A DNA stretch of 41,858 nucleotides from a bacterium (GTDB taxonomy: Bacteria > Patescibacteriota > Minisyncoccia > Minisyncoccales > Staskawiczbacteraceae): assembly GCA_043824525.1 (NCBI GenBank), contig JBDRST010000028.1:1-41858 (forward strand), written 5' to 3'. Shown one piece after another: positions 15,434 to 23,495 of this stretch. How positions within the stretch are numbered: position 1 is the first letter of the stretch; every line of letters begins with the position of its first letter. The translations under genes were made by a program, and so were the position numbers. The notes beneath the pieces are model-generated. The model was not told where the DNA came from and did not search any database. It worked only from the letters and a program-made list of their open reading frames with translations.

Positions 15434-15907
15434 CTATTCGGATAATTCTCTGTTTACCTCGCGTTCAGCATCTCTTTTCTTAATTTTCTCTTTTTTGTCG
15501 TACTTCTTTTTTCCTTTGGCTAACCCGAATTCAAGCTTAATCCTACCATGTTTATCATAAATTTTCAAGGGGATTAAGGAAAATCCCTTTTGAGCTGACT
15601 TTCCAACCAAATAATCTATTTCTTTTTTATTTAAAAGAAGCTTTCTTTCCCTACTCTCATTATAGTCAGCTCCTGCATTATTTGGTTGATATGGAGGTAC
15701 CCTTACTCCTGTTAAATACGGCTCCACCTTGCCCGCAGAAGCTTTAGCGGAGGAGGGGGCCTTTAGCGTAACATAAGAACCGCTCAGGTTTATATGTCCT
15801 GTTTTTATTGACTTTACTTCCTGCCCAAACAAAACAATCCCTGCCTCAAATTTTTCCAGGATATTATAGTCAAAATATCCCTTCTTATTTTCCGAATATA
15901 TTTTCAT
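15434..15907 (-). CDS. smpB: SsrA-binding protein SmpB
   Basis: NKKGYFDYNILEKFEAGIVLFGQEVKSIK...PYQ...RERKLLLNKKEI...G.SLIPLKIY. The ATG at 15907 is preferred over 15931. Confidence 0.85.
   Translation of the reverse strand: MKIYSENKKGYFDYNILEKFEAGIVLFGQEVKSIKTGHINLSGSYVTLKAPSSAKASAGKVEPYLTGVRVPPYQPNNAGADYNESRERKLLLNKKEIDYLVGKSAQKGFSLIPLKIYDKHGRIKLEFGLAKGKKKYDKKEKIKKRDAEREVNRELSE
15727..15757. repeat. Family-E element in frame in smpB
   Basis: The minus strand reads CCCTCCTCCGCTAAAGCTTCTGCGGGCAAGG, near-identical to 16474-16505, and encodes PSSAKASAGK. Confidence 0.6.
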
Positions 15908-15943
15908 AGTTTTATGGTACCATACTAACATTTTTATTTAACG

Positions 15944-15972
15944 TTGACAAGATATTTTTAGTATGCTAATAT
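15944..15972 (+). promoter_or_regulatory. Sigma70-like promoter TTGACA-17-TAATAT
   Basis: Hexamers at 15944-15949 and 15967-15972, 45 nt upstream of the ATG at 16017. Confidence 0.55.
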
Positions 15973-16016
15973 TTATATAGTTTTTTTAACCGCACACATC
16001 GTCGGAGGTAAAAGCC

Positions 16017-16394
16017 ATGCCAGTGTTAATCGTCTATGGGGTACCCAGTAATGTGGGGCGAGACAAGCTTGAAAGCCTAATCAATGTGCTACGGCACGAG
16101 GTCGGCTCTATGCCGACATTGTCTCCGGAAGCAGTTTCGGTTTTCTTCCCTGCGGACCTAGTGGAAGTAGGGCTTGGGGAAGAGCTTGTGTGCCTCGTTC
16201 AAGGGCTATTTGAAAATCCCAAGCGGACAACTGAGTTTCGAAGGCATCTTGCAGAAGCCATCCTCGTCTTTCTCAGCTATTTTGCCCGTTGTCATTTGTC
16301 TCAATGTAAGAAAGTCGAAGTGTTTGTGAATCGCTTCAACCAAGACATTGATGGCTTTATGGCATGCAATCCGTACGAGCAGGAACAGGCCTAG
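16017..16394 (+). CDS. GC-richer hypothetical protein; possibly tautomerase-superfamily (Pro-1, DUF1904-like) fold
   Basis: GGAGG SD. The N-terminal MPVLIVYG... suggests two beta-alpha-beta halves. Family assignment is by resemblance only. Confidence 0.35.
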   Translation: MPVLIVYGVPSNVGRDKLESLINVLRHEVGSMPTLSPEAVSVFFPADLVEVGLGEELVCLVQGLFENPKRTTEFRRHLAEAILVFLSYFARCHLSQCKKVEVFVNRFNQDIDGFMACNPYEQEQA

Positions 16395-16415
16395 GCTTCG
16401 GCTTACGGCAACAGG

Positions 16416-16450
16416 GTCCCGACAGATTCAGCTGATCGGGGCTTTTTTTT
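16416..16450 (+). terminator. Rho-independent terminator
   Basis: GTCCCGACAG pairs with CTGATCGGGGC and is followed by T8. Confidence 0.65.
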
Positions 16451-16461
16451 GCTTCATTTTG

Positions 16462-16517
16462 AACACCTCAACCCTCCTTCGCTAAAGCTTCGGCGAGGCA
16501 AGGCGCGTTGAGGTGTT
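16462..16517. repeat. Nested repeat: family-E core CCCTCCTTCGCTAAAGCTTCGGCGAGGCAAGG inside an AACACCTCAAC/GTTGAGGTGTT inverted repeat
   Basis: Read directly from the sequence. Confidence 0.6.
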
Positions 16518-16570
16518 TGTTTTATACTTAAAAGCTTTAATTTTTAGGTAAAACAAGCTAAACTTGATAT

Positions 16571-17344
16571 ATGCCGTATAGAAAGGAACAGTTTGCAAAT
16601 GGCGAAACATACCACGTTATTTTAAGGGCGCTAGATGACAATCTGGTATTCAAAAATACTGATGATTACTATCGTGGTATCTTTTCTATTTACGAGCTTA
16701 ACAACGTCAATTCCGTCACTATTCAGAAAAGACGAGAAGCAAGAAGGCGTTTTAAAAGACTAACAAATGAGTTGGGTAGAGACCCGAGGTCTACTCAGCT
16801 GAGTAGACCTCGGGTCTCTACTGGCTTGCCTGAATTCGCGGATGAGCGGGATAAATTTGTGGAAGTTTTGGTATTTTGTTTTATGCCTAATCATATCCAT
16901 ATATTAGTAAGACAGATTAAAGATGGTGGTATCTCTAAATTTATGCAAAAAGTTGGAGGAGGTTATGGAAGATATTTTAATGATAAATATCTGCGCAAAG
17001 GACATGTTTTTCAAAACACATTTAGCGCGGTTCATATAAAAGACAACAATCAATTTATGATAGTTGTGCCGTATATTTTTACAAACCCTGTTGCCTTGAT
17101 TGAGCCTGGATGGAAAGAGCATGGAATAAGAAATCACTCTGCAAAGGAGGTTATAAAATTTTTGGAAGAGTATAAATGGTCAAGTTATCAAGATTGCATT
17201 AATATAAAGAATTTTCCCTCTGTAACAGAAAGAAATTTTCTATTGGAAGTCATGGGTGGCGAGCAAGGACTCAAGGACGCCATTGAAAATTGGATAAGAT
17301 ATAAAAAAGATTGGGGAGAATATGACAATTTATTTTTAGATTAA
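16571..17344 (+). mobile_element. IS200/IS605-type Y1 (HUH) transposase, RAYT-like (REP-associated tyrosine transposase)
   Basis: YHVILRA..., HUH motif MPNHIHILV, and a C-terminal helix with Y (VVPYIFTNPV). The same long palindrome lies inside and just 3' of the gene. Confidence 0.7.
16776..16821. repeat. REP-like 46-nt perfect palindrome inside the RAYT coding sequence
   Basis: GTAGAGACCCGAGGTCTACTCAG|CTGAGTAGACCTCGGGTCTCTAC. In frame it encodes GRDPRSTQLSRPRVST. Confidence 0.8.
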
Positions 17345-17347
17345 AAA

Positions 17348-17392
17348 GTAGAGACCCGAGGTCTACTTGTTCAGTAGACCTCGGGTCTCTAC
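17348..17392. repeat. REP-like hairpin (19-bp stem, same sequence) 4 nt after the RAYT stop
   Basis: GTAGAGACCCGAGGTCTAC-TTGTTCA-GTAGACCTCGGGTCTCTAC. Confidence 0.8.
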
Positions 17393-17400
17393 CAGCTTTT

Positions 17401-18201
17401 ATGAGGAAGGAGACAATTATAATTTCGTTAGGGGGCTCGCTGGTGGTTCCAAATGAAATTGATTTAGGATTTTTAAGGAATTTTAAACATTCCTTGGAAA
17501 AGTACTTGTCCCCCACTAACTTTGGGATGGGCAGGCAAGCAACAAAGAAAAGCGAAAATTCCCCAAAGTTAGTGGGGGATAAACGATTTTTTATTTTAGT
17601 TGGAGGGGGCAAGGTGGCAAGAAACTATCAAAAAGCACTTTTGGAGTTTGGGGCAAAGTCATCTGACAGGGATTGGATTGGGATAAATGTAACTATATTA
17701 AACGCAGAGGTTGTAAAAAATGTTTTTGGGCAGCGCTCTTATCCTAAAATTATTACAGATCCAAACAAAAAAGTTAAAACAACAAAGGATATTGTGGTGG
17801 GAGCTGGCTGGAAGCCCGGCTGGTCAACAGATTATGTGGCCGTAAAAATTGCCGAAACATACAACAAAAAAATCCCGACCCGCGGGTCGAGGATCCACGA
17901 TGCCCGCGACAGCGGTCGGGGCATCGGGACAATTATAAATCTTACTAACGTTGACTATGTTTATGATAAAAACCCAAATAACTTTCCCGACGCAAAACCA
18001 TTGAAGGAAGTTGACTGGAAAAGCTTTGAGCGCATTGTAGGAGATAAATGGAGCCCGGGCTTATCTATGCCCTTTGACCCGAGAGCTTCAAAGCTGGCAG
18101 CAAGGTTAAAATTAAAAGTAGCAATAATCAACGGAAAAAACCTTGAACGTTTAGAAGATTTTTTGAATAACAAATCGTTTGTAGGAACCATAATTCAGTG
18201 A
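17401..18201 (+). CDS. pyrH: UMP kinase, archaeal-type (amino acid kinase family)
   Basis: IISLGGSLV..., ILVGGGKVARNY and VGAGWKPGWSTDYVA blocks. Carries two in-frame palindromic insertions. Confidence 0.7.
   Translation: MRKETIIISLGGSLVVPNEIDLGFLRNFKHSLEKYLSPTNFGMGRQATKKSENSPKLVGDKRFFILVGGGKVARNYQKALLEFGAKSSDRDWIGINVTILNAEVVKNVFGQRSYPKIITDPNKKVKTTKDIVVGAGWKPGWSTDYVAVKIAETYNKKIPTRGSRIHDARDSGRGIGTIINLTNVDYVYDKNPNNFPDAKPLKEVDWKSFERIVGDKWSPGLSMPFDPRASKLAARLKLKVAIINGKNLERLEDFLNNKSFVGTIIQ
17509..17579. repeat. Family-D palindromic element in frame in pyrH
   Basis: An 18-bp perfect stem pairs TCCCCCACTAACTTTGGG with CCCAAAGTTAGTGGGGGA. It encodes SPTNFGMGRQATKKSENSPKLVGD. Confidence 0.8.
17873..17930. 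repeat. Family-A element in frame in pyrH
   Basis: TCCCGACCCGCGGGTCGAGGATCCACGATGCCCGCGACAGCGGTCGGGGCATCGGGAC encodes PTRGSRIHDARDSGRGIG. Confidence 0.65.
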
Positions 18202-19874
18202 AAGAGGAAATAAAAAAAATAATTGGAAAATCAATAAAAGAGCTTTTCAGCGAAGTTTTGGATTTTTCTGTTGAGATACCTTCAGAAAAAAATCACGGAG
18301 ATTATTCAACAAACGTTGCTTTGGTTTTATCAAAAAAAATCGGAAAAAATCCGAGAGAAGTCGCTAATTTAATAAAGGAAAAAATTGAGAAAAATAATTT
18401 ATTTAAAAAAACAGAAGTTGCGGGCCCAGGATTTATAAATTTCTTTCTTAAAGACGAAATTTTTATTAAAACTATAAGAAAAATTGATAAAAATTTTGGG
18501 AAGGGAAAGGAGTTAAAAAACCAAAAAATTATTTTAGATTACACCGACCCAAATATTTTAAAGGAATTTCATATCGGGCACTTAATGGGTAATGCAATCG
18601 GAGAATCATTATCCCGCATTTTTGAATTTCAGGGAGCTAAAGTAAAAAGAGTTTGCTATCAATCTGATGTCGGTCTTGGCGTAGCAAGGGCAGTTTGGGG
18701 CAAAATGAAAAATAGCAGTTTGAGCTGGGGCGAGGCGTATGCATTTGGGTATAAATCTTTTAAGGAAAACGAGAACGACAAAAAAGAAATAATTGAGCTT
18801 AATAAAAAAATATATGAGAGAAGCGACAACAATATAAATAAACTTTATGATGAAGGAAAAAAATGGAGCCTGGAGTATTTTGACAAAATTTATAAAAAGC
18901 TTGGCACAAAATTTGATTGGCTGATTTTTGAGAGCGAAACAGGAGAGCTTGGCAAAAAAATTGTTGAAAAAGGATTAAGGGATGGAATTTTTGAAAAAGG
19001 CCTGCCTGCGCAGGCAGGCGAAAAGGCACCAATTATTTTTAAGGGCGAAAAATACGGGCTTCATACAAGGGTGTTTATTAATTCTGAAGGACTGCCTACT
19101 TATGAAGCAAAAGACTTGGGGTTGGCTGAAACAAAATATAAAAAGTATAAGTACGACAAGTCTTTTATTGTAACCGGTAACGAAGTAAACGAATATTTTA
19201 AAGTAATGCTGGCTGCCATGAAGCAGGCTTTGCCAGAACTTGCTGAAAAAACAAAACATATCGGGCATGGAATGATGAGGCTGCCTGAAGGCAAGATGTC
19301 TTCAAGAACCGGGAGCGTAATAACAGCAGAATCTTTAATATTAAAAGTTGAAGAATTAGTTAACCAAAAGATTAAAGACAGAGAATTATCTGACGCGGAA
19401 AAACAGGAAATTTCAGAAAAGGTTGCAATCGGAGCCTTGAAATATTCAATTTTAAAGCAATCGATTGGTTCAGATATTGTTTATGATTTTAATAAATCAA
19501 TTTCTTTTGAAGGTGATTCAGGACCCTATTTACAATATTCATACGCCAGAGCTCAGTCGGTTTTAAGAAAAGCAAAAGACGAGGGCGTAAAATCCAGCTT
19601 TAAAAAACCGCCAGACGGGATTAGCCAGCTCGAAAAAATAATGCATTCTTTTCCGGACGCAGTTCTGCAGGCGAATAAAAATTACGAACCGCATATAATA
19701 GTTATGTATCTTACGGAATTGGCAAGCGAGTTTAACAGCTATTATGCAAAGAACAGGATTGTTGATAAAATAGATGAGTTTTCTTCATATAAAGTTGCGA
19801 TGACAAATGCATTTTCAATAATTATAAAAAATGGCCTATGGTTGTTAGGAATTAACACATTAGAAAAAATGTGA
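18198..19874 (+). CDS. argS: Arginine--tRNA ligase
   Basis: HIGH-type FHIGHLMGNAIG, MSSRTG (KMSK equivalent), and a C-terminal DALR-type anticodon-binding domain ending in M. Confidence 0.9.
   Translation: MKEEIKKIIGKSIKELFSEVLDFSVEIPSEKNHGDYSTNVALVLSKKIGKNPREVANLIKEKIEKNNLFKKTEVAGPGFINFFLKDEIFIKTIRKIDKNFGKGKELKNQKIILDYTDPNILKEFHIGHLMGNAIGESLSRIFEFQGAKVKRVCYQSDVGLGVARAVWGKMKNSSLSWGEAYAFGYKSFKENENDKKEIIELNKKIYERSDNNINKLYDEGKKWSLEYFDKIYKKLGTKFDWLIFESETGELGKKIVEKGLRDGIFEKGLPAQAGEKAPIIFKGEKYGLHTRVFINSEGLPTYEAKDLGLAETKYKKYKYDKSFIVTGNEVNEYFKVMLAAMKQALPELAEKTKHIGHGMMRLPEGKMSSRTGSVITAESLILKVEELVNQKIKDRELSDAEKQEISEKVAIGALKYSILKQSIGSDIVYDFNKSISFEGDSGPYLQYSYARAQSVLRKAKDEGVKSSFKKPPDGISQLEKIMHSFPDAVLQANKNYEPHIIVMYLTELASEFNSYYAKNRIVDKIDEFSSYKVAMTNAFSIIIKNGLWLLGINTLEKM
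19000..19019. repeat. 20-nt perfect GC palindrome GCCTGCCTGCGCAGGCAGGC in frame in argS
   Basis: Encodes LPAQAG within GLPAQAGEKAP. The GC-rich island contrasts with the surrounding AT-rich coding sequence. Confidence 0.55.
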
Positions 19875-20458
19875 TGACACTAAAAAATAATTATTTTTTG
19901 TTAAGGCACGGGCAAACAATTTACCAAAAAGAAAACAGAAAAATAAATTATCCTGCGGATGCAGATTACTCTTTGACTATTACAGAGGAGGGAAAAGAAA
20001 TGATAAAAAAAGTCGCAGAACAATTAAAATCAGAAAAGATAGATTTAATTTTTGCTTCACCGTTTTTAAGAACAAAACAATCGGCAGAAATTGTCTCAGA
20101 TATTCTTGGTATTGAAAATATAAATTATGACGAGAGGATTATAGATATTAAAATGGGCGAGTTTGCTAACAGGTCGCATGAAGAATATGCTAATTTTTTT
20201 GCGAACGAAGAGGAAAGATTTACAAAACGGCCTCGAGGTGGGGAAAATTGGAACGATATTATAGCGAGAACCAAGACCTTTTTAAATGATACAGAAAAGC
20301 AACACAAGGATAAAAATATTTTGATAATAAGCCATGGTGACCCTATATGGCTTATGGCAGGGATTCTAAAGGGATTTGAAGAGCCAGAACAGTTTTTAGC
20401 CTCAAAAAAGACAGAAAATAATTTATACCCAAAAGTAGGAGAATTAATTAAAATCTAA
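19871..20458 (+). CDS. Histidine phosphatase (phosphoglycerate mutase-like) family protein
   Basis: LLRHGQT catalytic motif and ISHGDP. The start is GTG 19871 or ATG 19874, overlapping the argS stop. Confidence 0.75.
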   Translation: MMTLKNNYFLLRHGQTIYQKENRKINYPADADYSLTITEEGKEMIKKVAEQLKSEKIDLIFASPFLRTKQSAEIVSDILGIENINYDERIIDIKMGEFANRSHEEYANFFANEEERFTKRPRGGENWNDIIARTKTFLNDTEKQHKDKNILIISHGDPIWLMAGILKGFEEPEQFLASKKTENNLYPKVGELIKI

Positions 20459-20459
20459 C

Positions 20460-23400
20460 ATGGCATATAATTTTCCTGAAGAGGAAAATAAAATTTTAAA
20501 ATTTTGGCAGGACAACAAGATTTTTGAAAAAACGCTTGAGAAAATCCCGAAGACAAAGTCGTCGTGGATCCTCGATGCCGATTTGATCGAGCATTCACGA
20601 CAAAGTCGGAATAAAATCGGGACAAAAGGCAAGCGCGCTTTTGTATTTTATGATGGGCCGCCTTTTGCAACAGGCCTTCCTCACTACGGACACATTTTAA
20701 GTTCTGTGGCAAAAGATGTTTTTCCAAGATATAAAACAATGCAGGGTTTTTTTGTAGCTCGCAGATGGGGCTGGGATTGTCATGGGCTTCCGATTGAAAA
20801 CATTGTTGAAAAAGAACTTGGGGTTTCTGGAAAAAAAGACATTGAAGCAAAAATTGGAGTAGAAAAATTTAACCAGACTTGCCGCTCAAAAGTTTTAACC
20901 TATACAAAAGAATGGGAAAAGATGGTGAATAAAATAGGAAGATTTGTTGATTTTGATAATTCATACAAAACAATGAGCTCTGCTTATATGGAGTCGGTTT
21001 GGTGGGCATTAAAAACATTGTGGGACAAAGGGTTAATTTATCAAGGCAAAAAAGTTTTGATGTATTGCCCAAGGTGCGAAACTCCAGTTTCAAAAGCCGA
21101 GGTTGCTATGGATAATAGTTATCAGGATGTTACAGAAGAGGCGGTTACAGTTAAGTTTAAAATAAAAAATCCTGAAAAAAATAATTTGCCTGAAAACACA
21201 TATATTTTAGCTTGGACTACAACTCCCTGGACATTACCAGGAAACGTTTCTTTAGCAGTTGGTGAAAAAATAAAATACGCCTTAGTTCAATCTAATGATG
21301 AAAATTATATTTTAGCTAAAGAAAAAGTGAAGGATGTTTTAAGGGATAAAGAGCATAGAACCACGAAAGAAATATCGGGGAAAGACTTACTTGGATTAGA
21401 ATATGAGCCACTTTATAAAATTGAAGAAGTGAAAAAAACAGGTAAAAAAGTTTGGTATGTTTTACCAGCTGATTTTGTAAACACAGAAGAGGGAACCGGA
21501 GTAGTTCACACAGCAGTAATTTACGGAGAAGATGATTATAATTTGGGAGTTAAGAACGATTTGCCAATGGTGCCTTTGTTAGACAGCAAAGGAATTTTTA
21601 ATGAAGATGCTCCTGATTTGATAAAAGGAAAGTATTTTAAAGACTCAGAAAAAGACATTAAAAATGATTTAGAAAAGAGAGGGCTTCTTTTTGATAAGCA
21701 TAGCAATACCCATCCTTACCCTTTTTGCTGGAGGTGTGGGACACAATTATTTTATAACGCTATTTCTGCTTGGTTTATAAATATCCAAAAACACAAGAAA
21801 AAAATTATAAAACTGAATGAAAAAATAAATTGGCATCCAGAGCATTTAAAGCACGGAAGATTTTTAAATATTTTAAAAGATGCTCCTGATTGGAATATAT
21901 CAAGGAACAGGTATTGGGCAACGCCATTGCCGTTTTTCAAATGCGAGTGCGGGCATACAGAATGCATCGGTTCTGTAAAAGAATTAAAGGAAAAAGCGGT
22001 TAATTTTAGCCAAGTTTACAGCTCAGATAAAATTGAGGATATGGATTTGCACAAAGACAAAATGGATAAAATTGAATTAAGGTGCGAAAAATGCGGTAAA
22101 AAAGCAAAAAGAATTCCAGAGGTTATTGATTGCTGGGTTGAGTCCTCGTCCATGCCGTATGCTGAGCTTCACTATCCTTTTGAAAACACGAGCGAATTTA
22201 AAAAAAGGCTGCCTGCCCAGTATATTGCAGAATATATTGCCCAAACAAGAACATGGTTTTATTATCTGCACGTTTTATCTGTTTTGCTGTTTGGCAAAAT
22301 TTCCTTTGAAAATGTCGTTTCTACTGGCACCGTTTTGAATGAAAAAGGAGAAAAGCTTTCAAAATCAAAACAAAACTTCACAGATCCCTGGATTATAATA
22401 AACCAATATGGAGCAGATGCTTTAAGGTTTTATTTAATGTCGAGTTCTGTAATGCAGTCAGAGGATTTATTTTTTAGCGACAGGGGTGTGAGAGAGAGTT
22501 ATAATAAAGTTATAAATACGCTATCTAATGTTGCGGAATTTTATACAATGTACGCGTCAGAAAACTCAGGCAGTATAAAAATAAATCCGACAAATATTTT
22601 AGATAAGTGGATATTGAGCAGGTTAAACGGCGCCATCTTTGAACTGACTGTTTCAATGGATAAATACGATACTGTAAAGTCTTGCAGAATTATTAAAAAT
22701 TTTATTGAGGAGCTGTCTTTGTGGTATATTAGAAGGTCAAGAGAAAGATTTAAAGAAGATGGCTCGTCCCCCACTAACTTCAAATTAAAAGCAGAAGAAC
22801 AAGGAATGAACTCGAAGTCGGATTTGAAGTTAGTGGGGGATAAAGATAAAAACCAAGCTGGAGCTGTTTTAAGATTAGTGCTGTTAGAGCTTTCAAAAGC
22901 GATAGCTCCCATTTTGCCTTTTACCGCAGAGTATGTTTTTGAAAAAGTAAGGGGCGCGGATAACGCAGAATCAGTGCATTTAGAAGATTGGCCTAAGCAC
23001 AATAAAAAATTTATTAACAAAGACCTTGACGGAAAAATGGACGAGGTAAGAAAAATTGTTAGTTTGTCTTTAGCAGAAAGAGTTTTAAATGGTTTGAAAA
23101 TAAGACAGCCATTAAATAACTTAAAAATCAAAAACGAAAAATCAAAAATTAAGGACGAAAAAGAATTGCTTGTTTTAGTAAAAGACGAGGTGAATGTTAA
23201 AAATATTGATTTTGATGCAAGCATAGAAAAAGAAGTTGAACTTGATGCTAATCTCACAGAGGAGTTAAAGGAGGAAGGCATAATAAGAGAAATAATTAGG
23301 CAAGTACAGGGTGAAAGAAAAAAACAGGGACTGGTACCCCAAGATAAAATTTCTGTAATTATTGCTGGAGATAAATATGTTGTAGATCTAATAGAAAAAA

Positions 23401-23495
23401 ATAAAGATTTTTTACTGAAAACATTCAGAGCAACAGAGATTATCACAGAAAAAGAGGAGGGTGTAAAATTATCTATAGTTATTAAAAAAGTATAA
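20460..23495 (+). CDS. ileS: Isoleucine--tRNA ligase
   Basis: PPFATGLPHYGHIL (HIGH), WDCHGLP, KLSKSK (KMSKS) and zinc-binding CxxC pairs. Carries two in-frame palindromic insertions. Confidence 0.9.
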   Translation: MAYNFPEEENKILKFWQDNKIFEKTLEKIPKTKSSWILDADLIEHSRQSRNKIGTKGKRAFVFYDGPPFATGLPHYGHILSSVAKDVFPRYKTMQGFFVARRWGWDCHGLPIENIVEKELGVSGKKDIEAKIGVEKFNQTCRSKVLTYTKEWEKMVNKIGRFVDFDNSYKTMSSAYMESVWWALKTLWDKGLIYQGKKVLMYCPRCETPVSKAEVAMDNSYQDVTEEAVTVKFKIKNPEKNNLPENTYILAWTTTPWTLPGNVSLAVGEKIKYALVQSNDENYILAKEKVKDVLRDKEHRTTKEISGKDLLGLEYEPLYKIEEVKKTGKKVWYVLPADFVNTEEGTGVVHTAVIYGEDDYNLGVKNDLPMVPLLDSKGIFNEDAPDLIKGKYFKDSEKDIKNDLEKRGLLFDKHSNTHPYPFCWRCGTQLFYNAISAWFINIQKHKKKIIKLNEKINWHPEHLKHGRFLNILKDAPDWNISRNRYWATPLPFFKCECGHTECIGSVKELKEKAVNFSQVYSSDKIEDMDLHKDKMDKIELRCEKCGKKAKRIPEVIDCWVESSSMPYAELHYPFENTSEFKKRLPAQYIAEYIAQTRTWFYYLHVLSVLLFGKISFENVVSTGTVLNEKGEKLSKSKQNFTDPWIIINQYGADALRFYLMSSSVMQSEDLFFSDRGVRESYNKVINTLSNVAEFYTMYASENSGSIKINPTNILDKWILSRLNGAIFELTVSMDKYDTVKSCRIIKNFIEELSLWYIRRSRERFKEDGSSPTNFKLKAEEQGMNSKSDLKLVGDKDKNQAGAVLRLVLLELSKAIAPILPFTAEYVFEKVRGADNAESVHLEDWPKHNKKFINKDLDGKMDEVRKIVSLSLAERVLNGLKIRQPLNNLKIKNEKSKIKDEKELLVLVKDEVNVKNIDFDASIEKEVELDANLTEELKEEGIIREIIRQVQGERKKQGLVPQDKISVIIAGDKYVVDLIEKNKDFLLKTFRATEIITEKEEGVKLSIVIKKV
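20545..20623. repeat. Family-A long-form element in frame near the ileS N-terminus
   Basis: TCCCGAAGACAAAGTCGTCGTGGATCCTCGATGCCGATTTGATCGAGCATTCACGACAAAGTCGGAATAAAATCGGGAC encodes PKTKSSWILDADLIEHSRQSRNKIG. Confidence 0.7.
22767..22840. repeat. Family-D palindromic element in frame in ileS
   Basis: A 19-bp perfect stem pairs TCCCCCACTAACTTCAAAT with ATTTGAAGTTAGTGGGGGA. It encodes SPTNFKLKAEEQGMNSKSDLKLVGD. Confidence 0.8.

Noticed and set aside
22541-23446. The 301-aa minus-strand ORF, plus the other antisense ORFs inside ileS, argS, polX, the 23495 gene and elsewhere.
   Set aside because: They are antisense to strongly recognisable conserved genes, and their serine/leucine/phenylalanine-rich composition is typical of AT-rich antisense frames.
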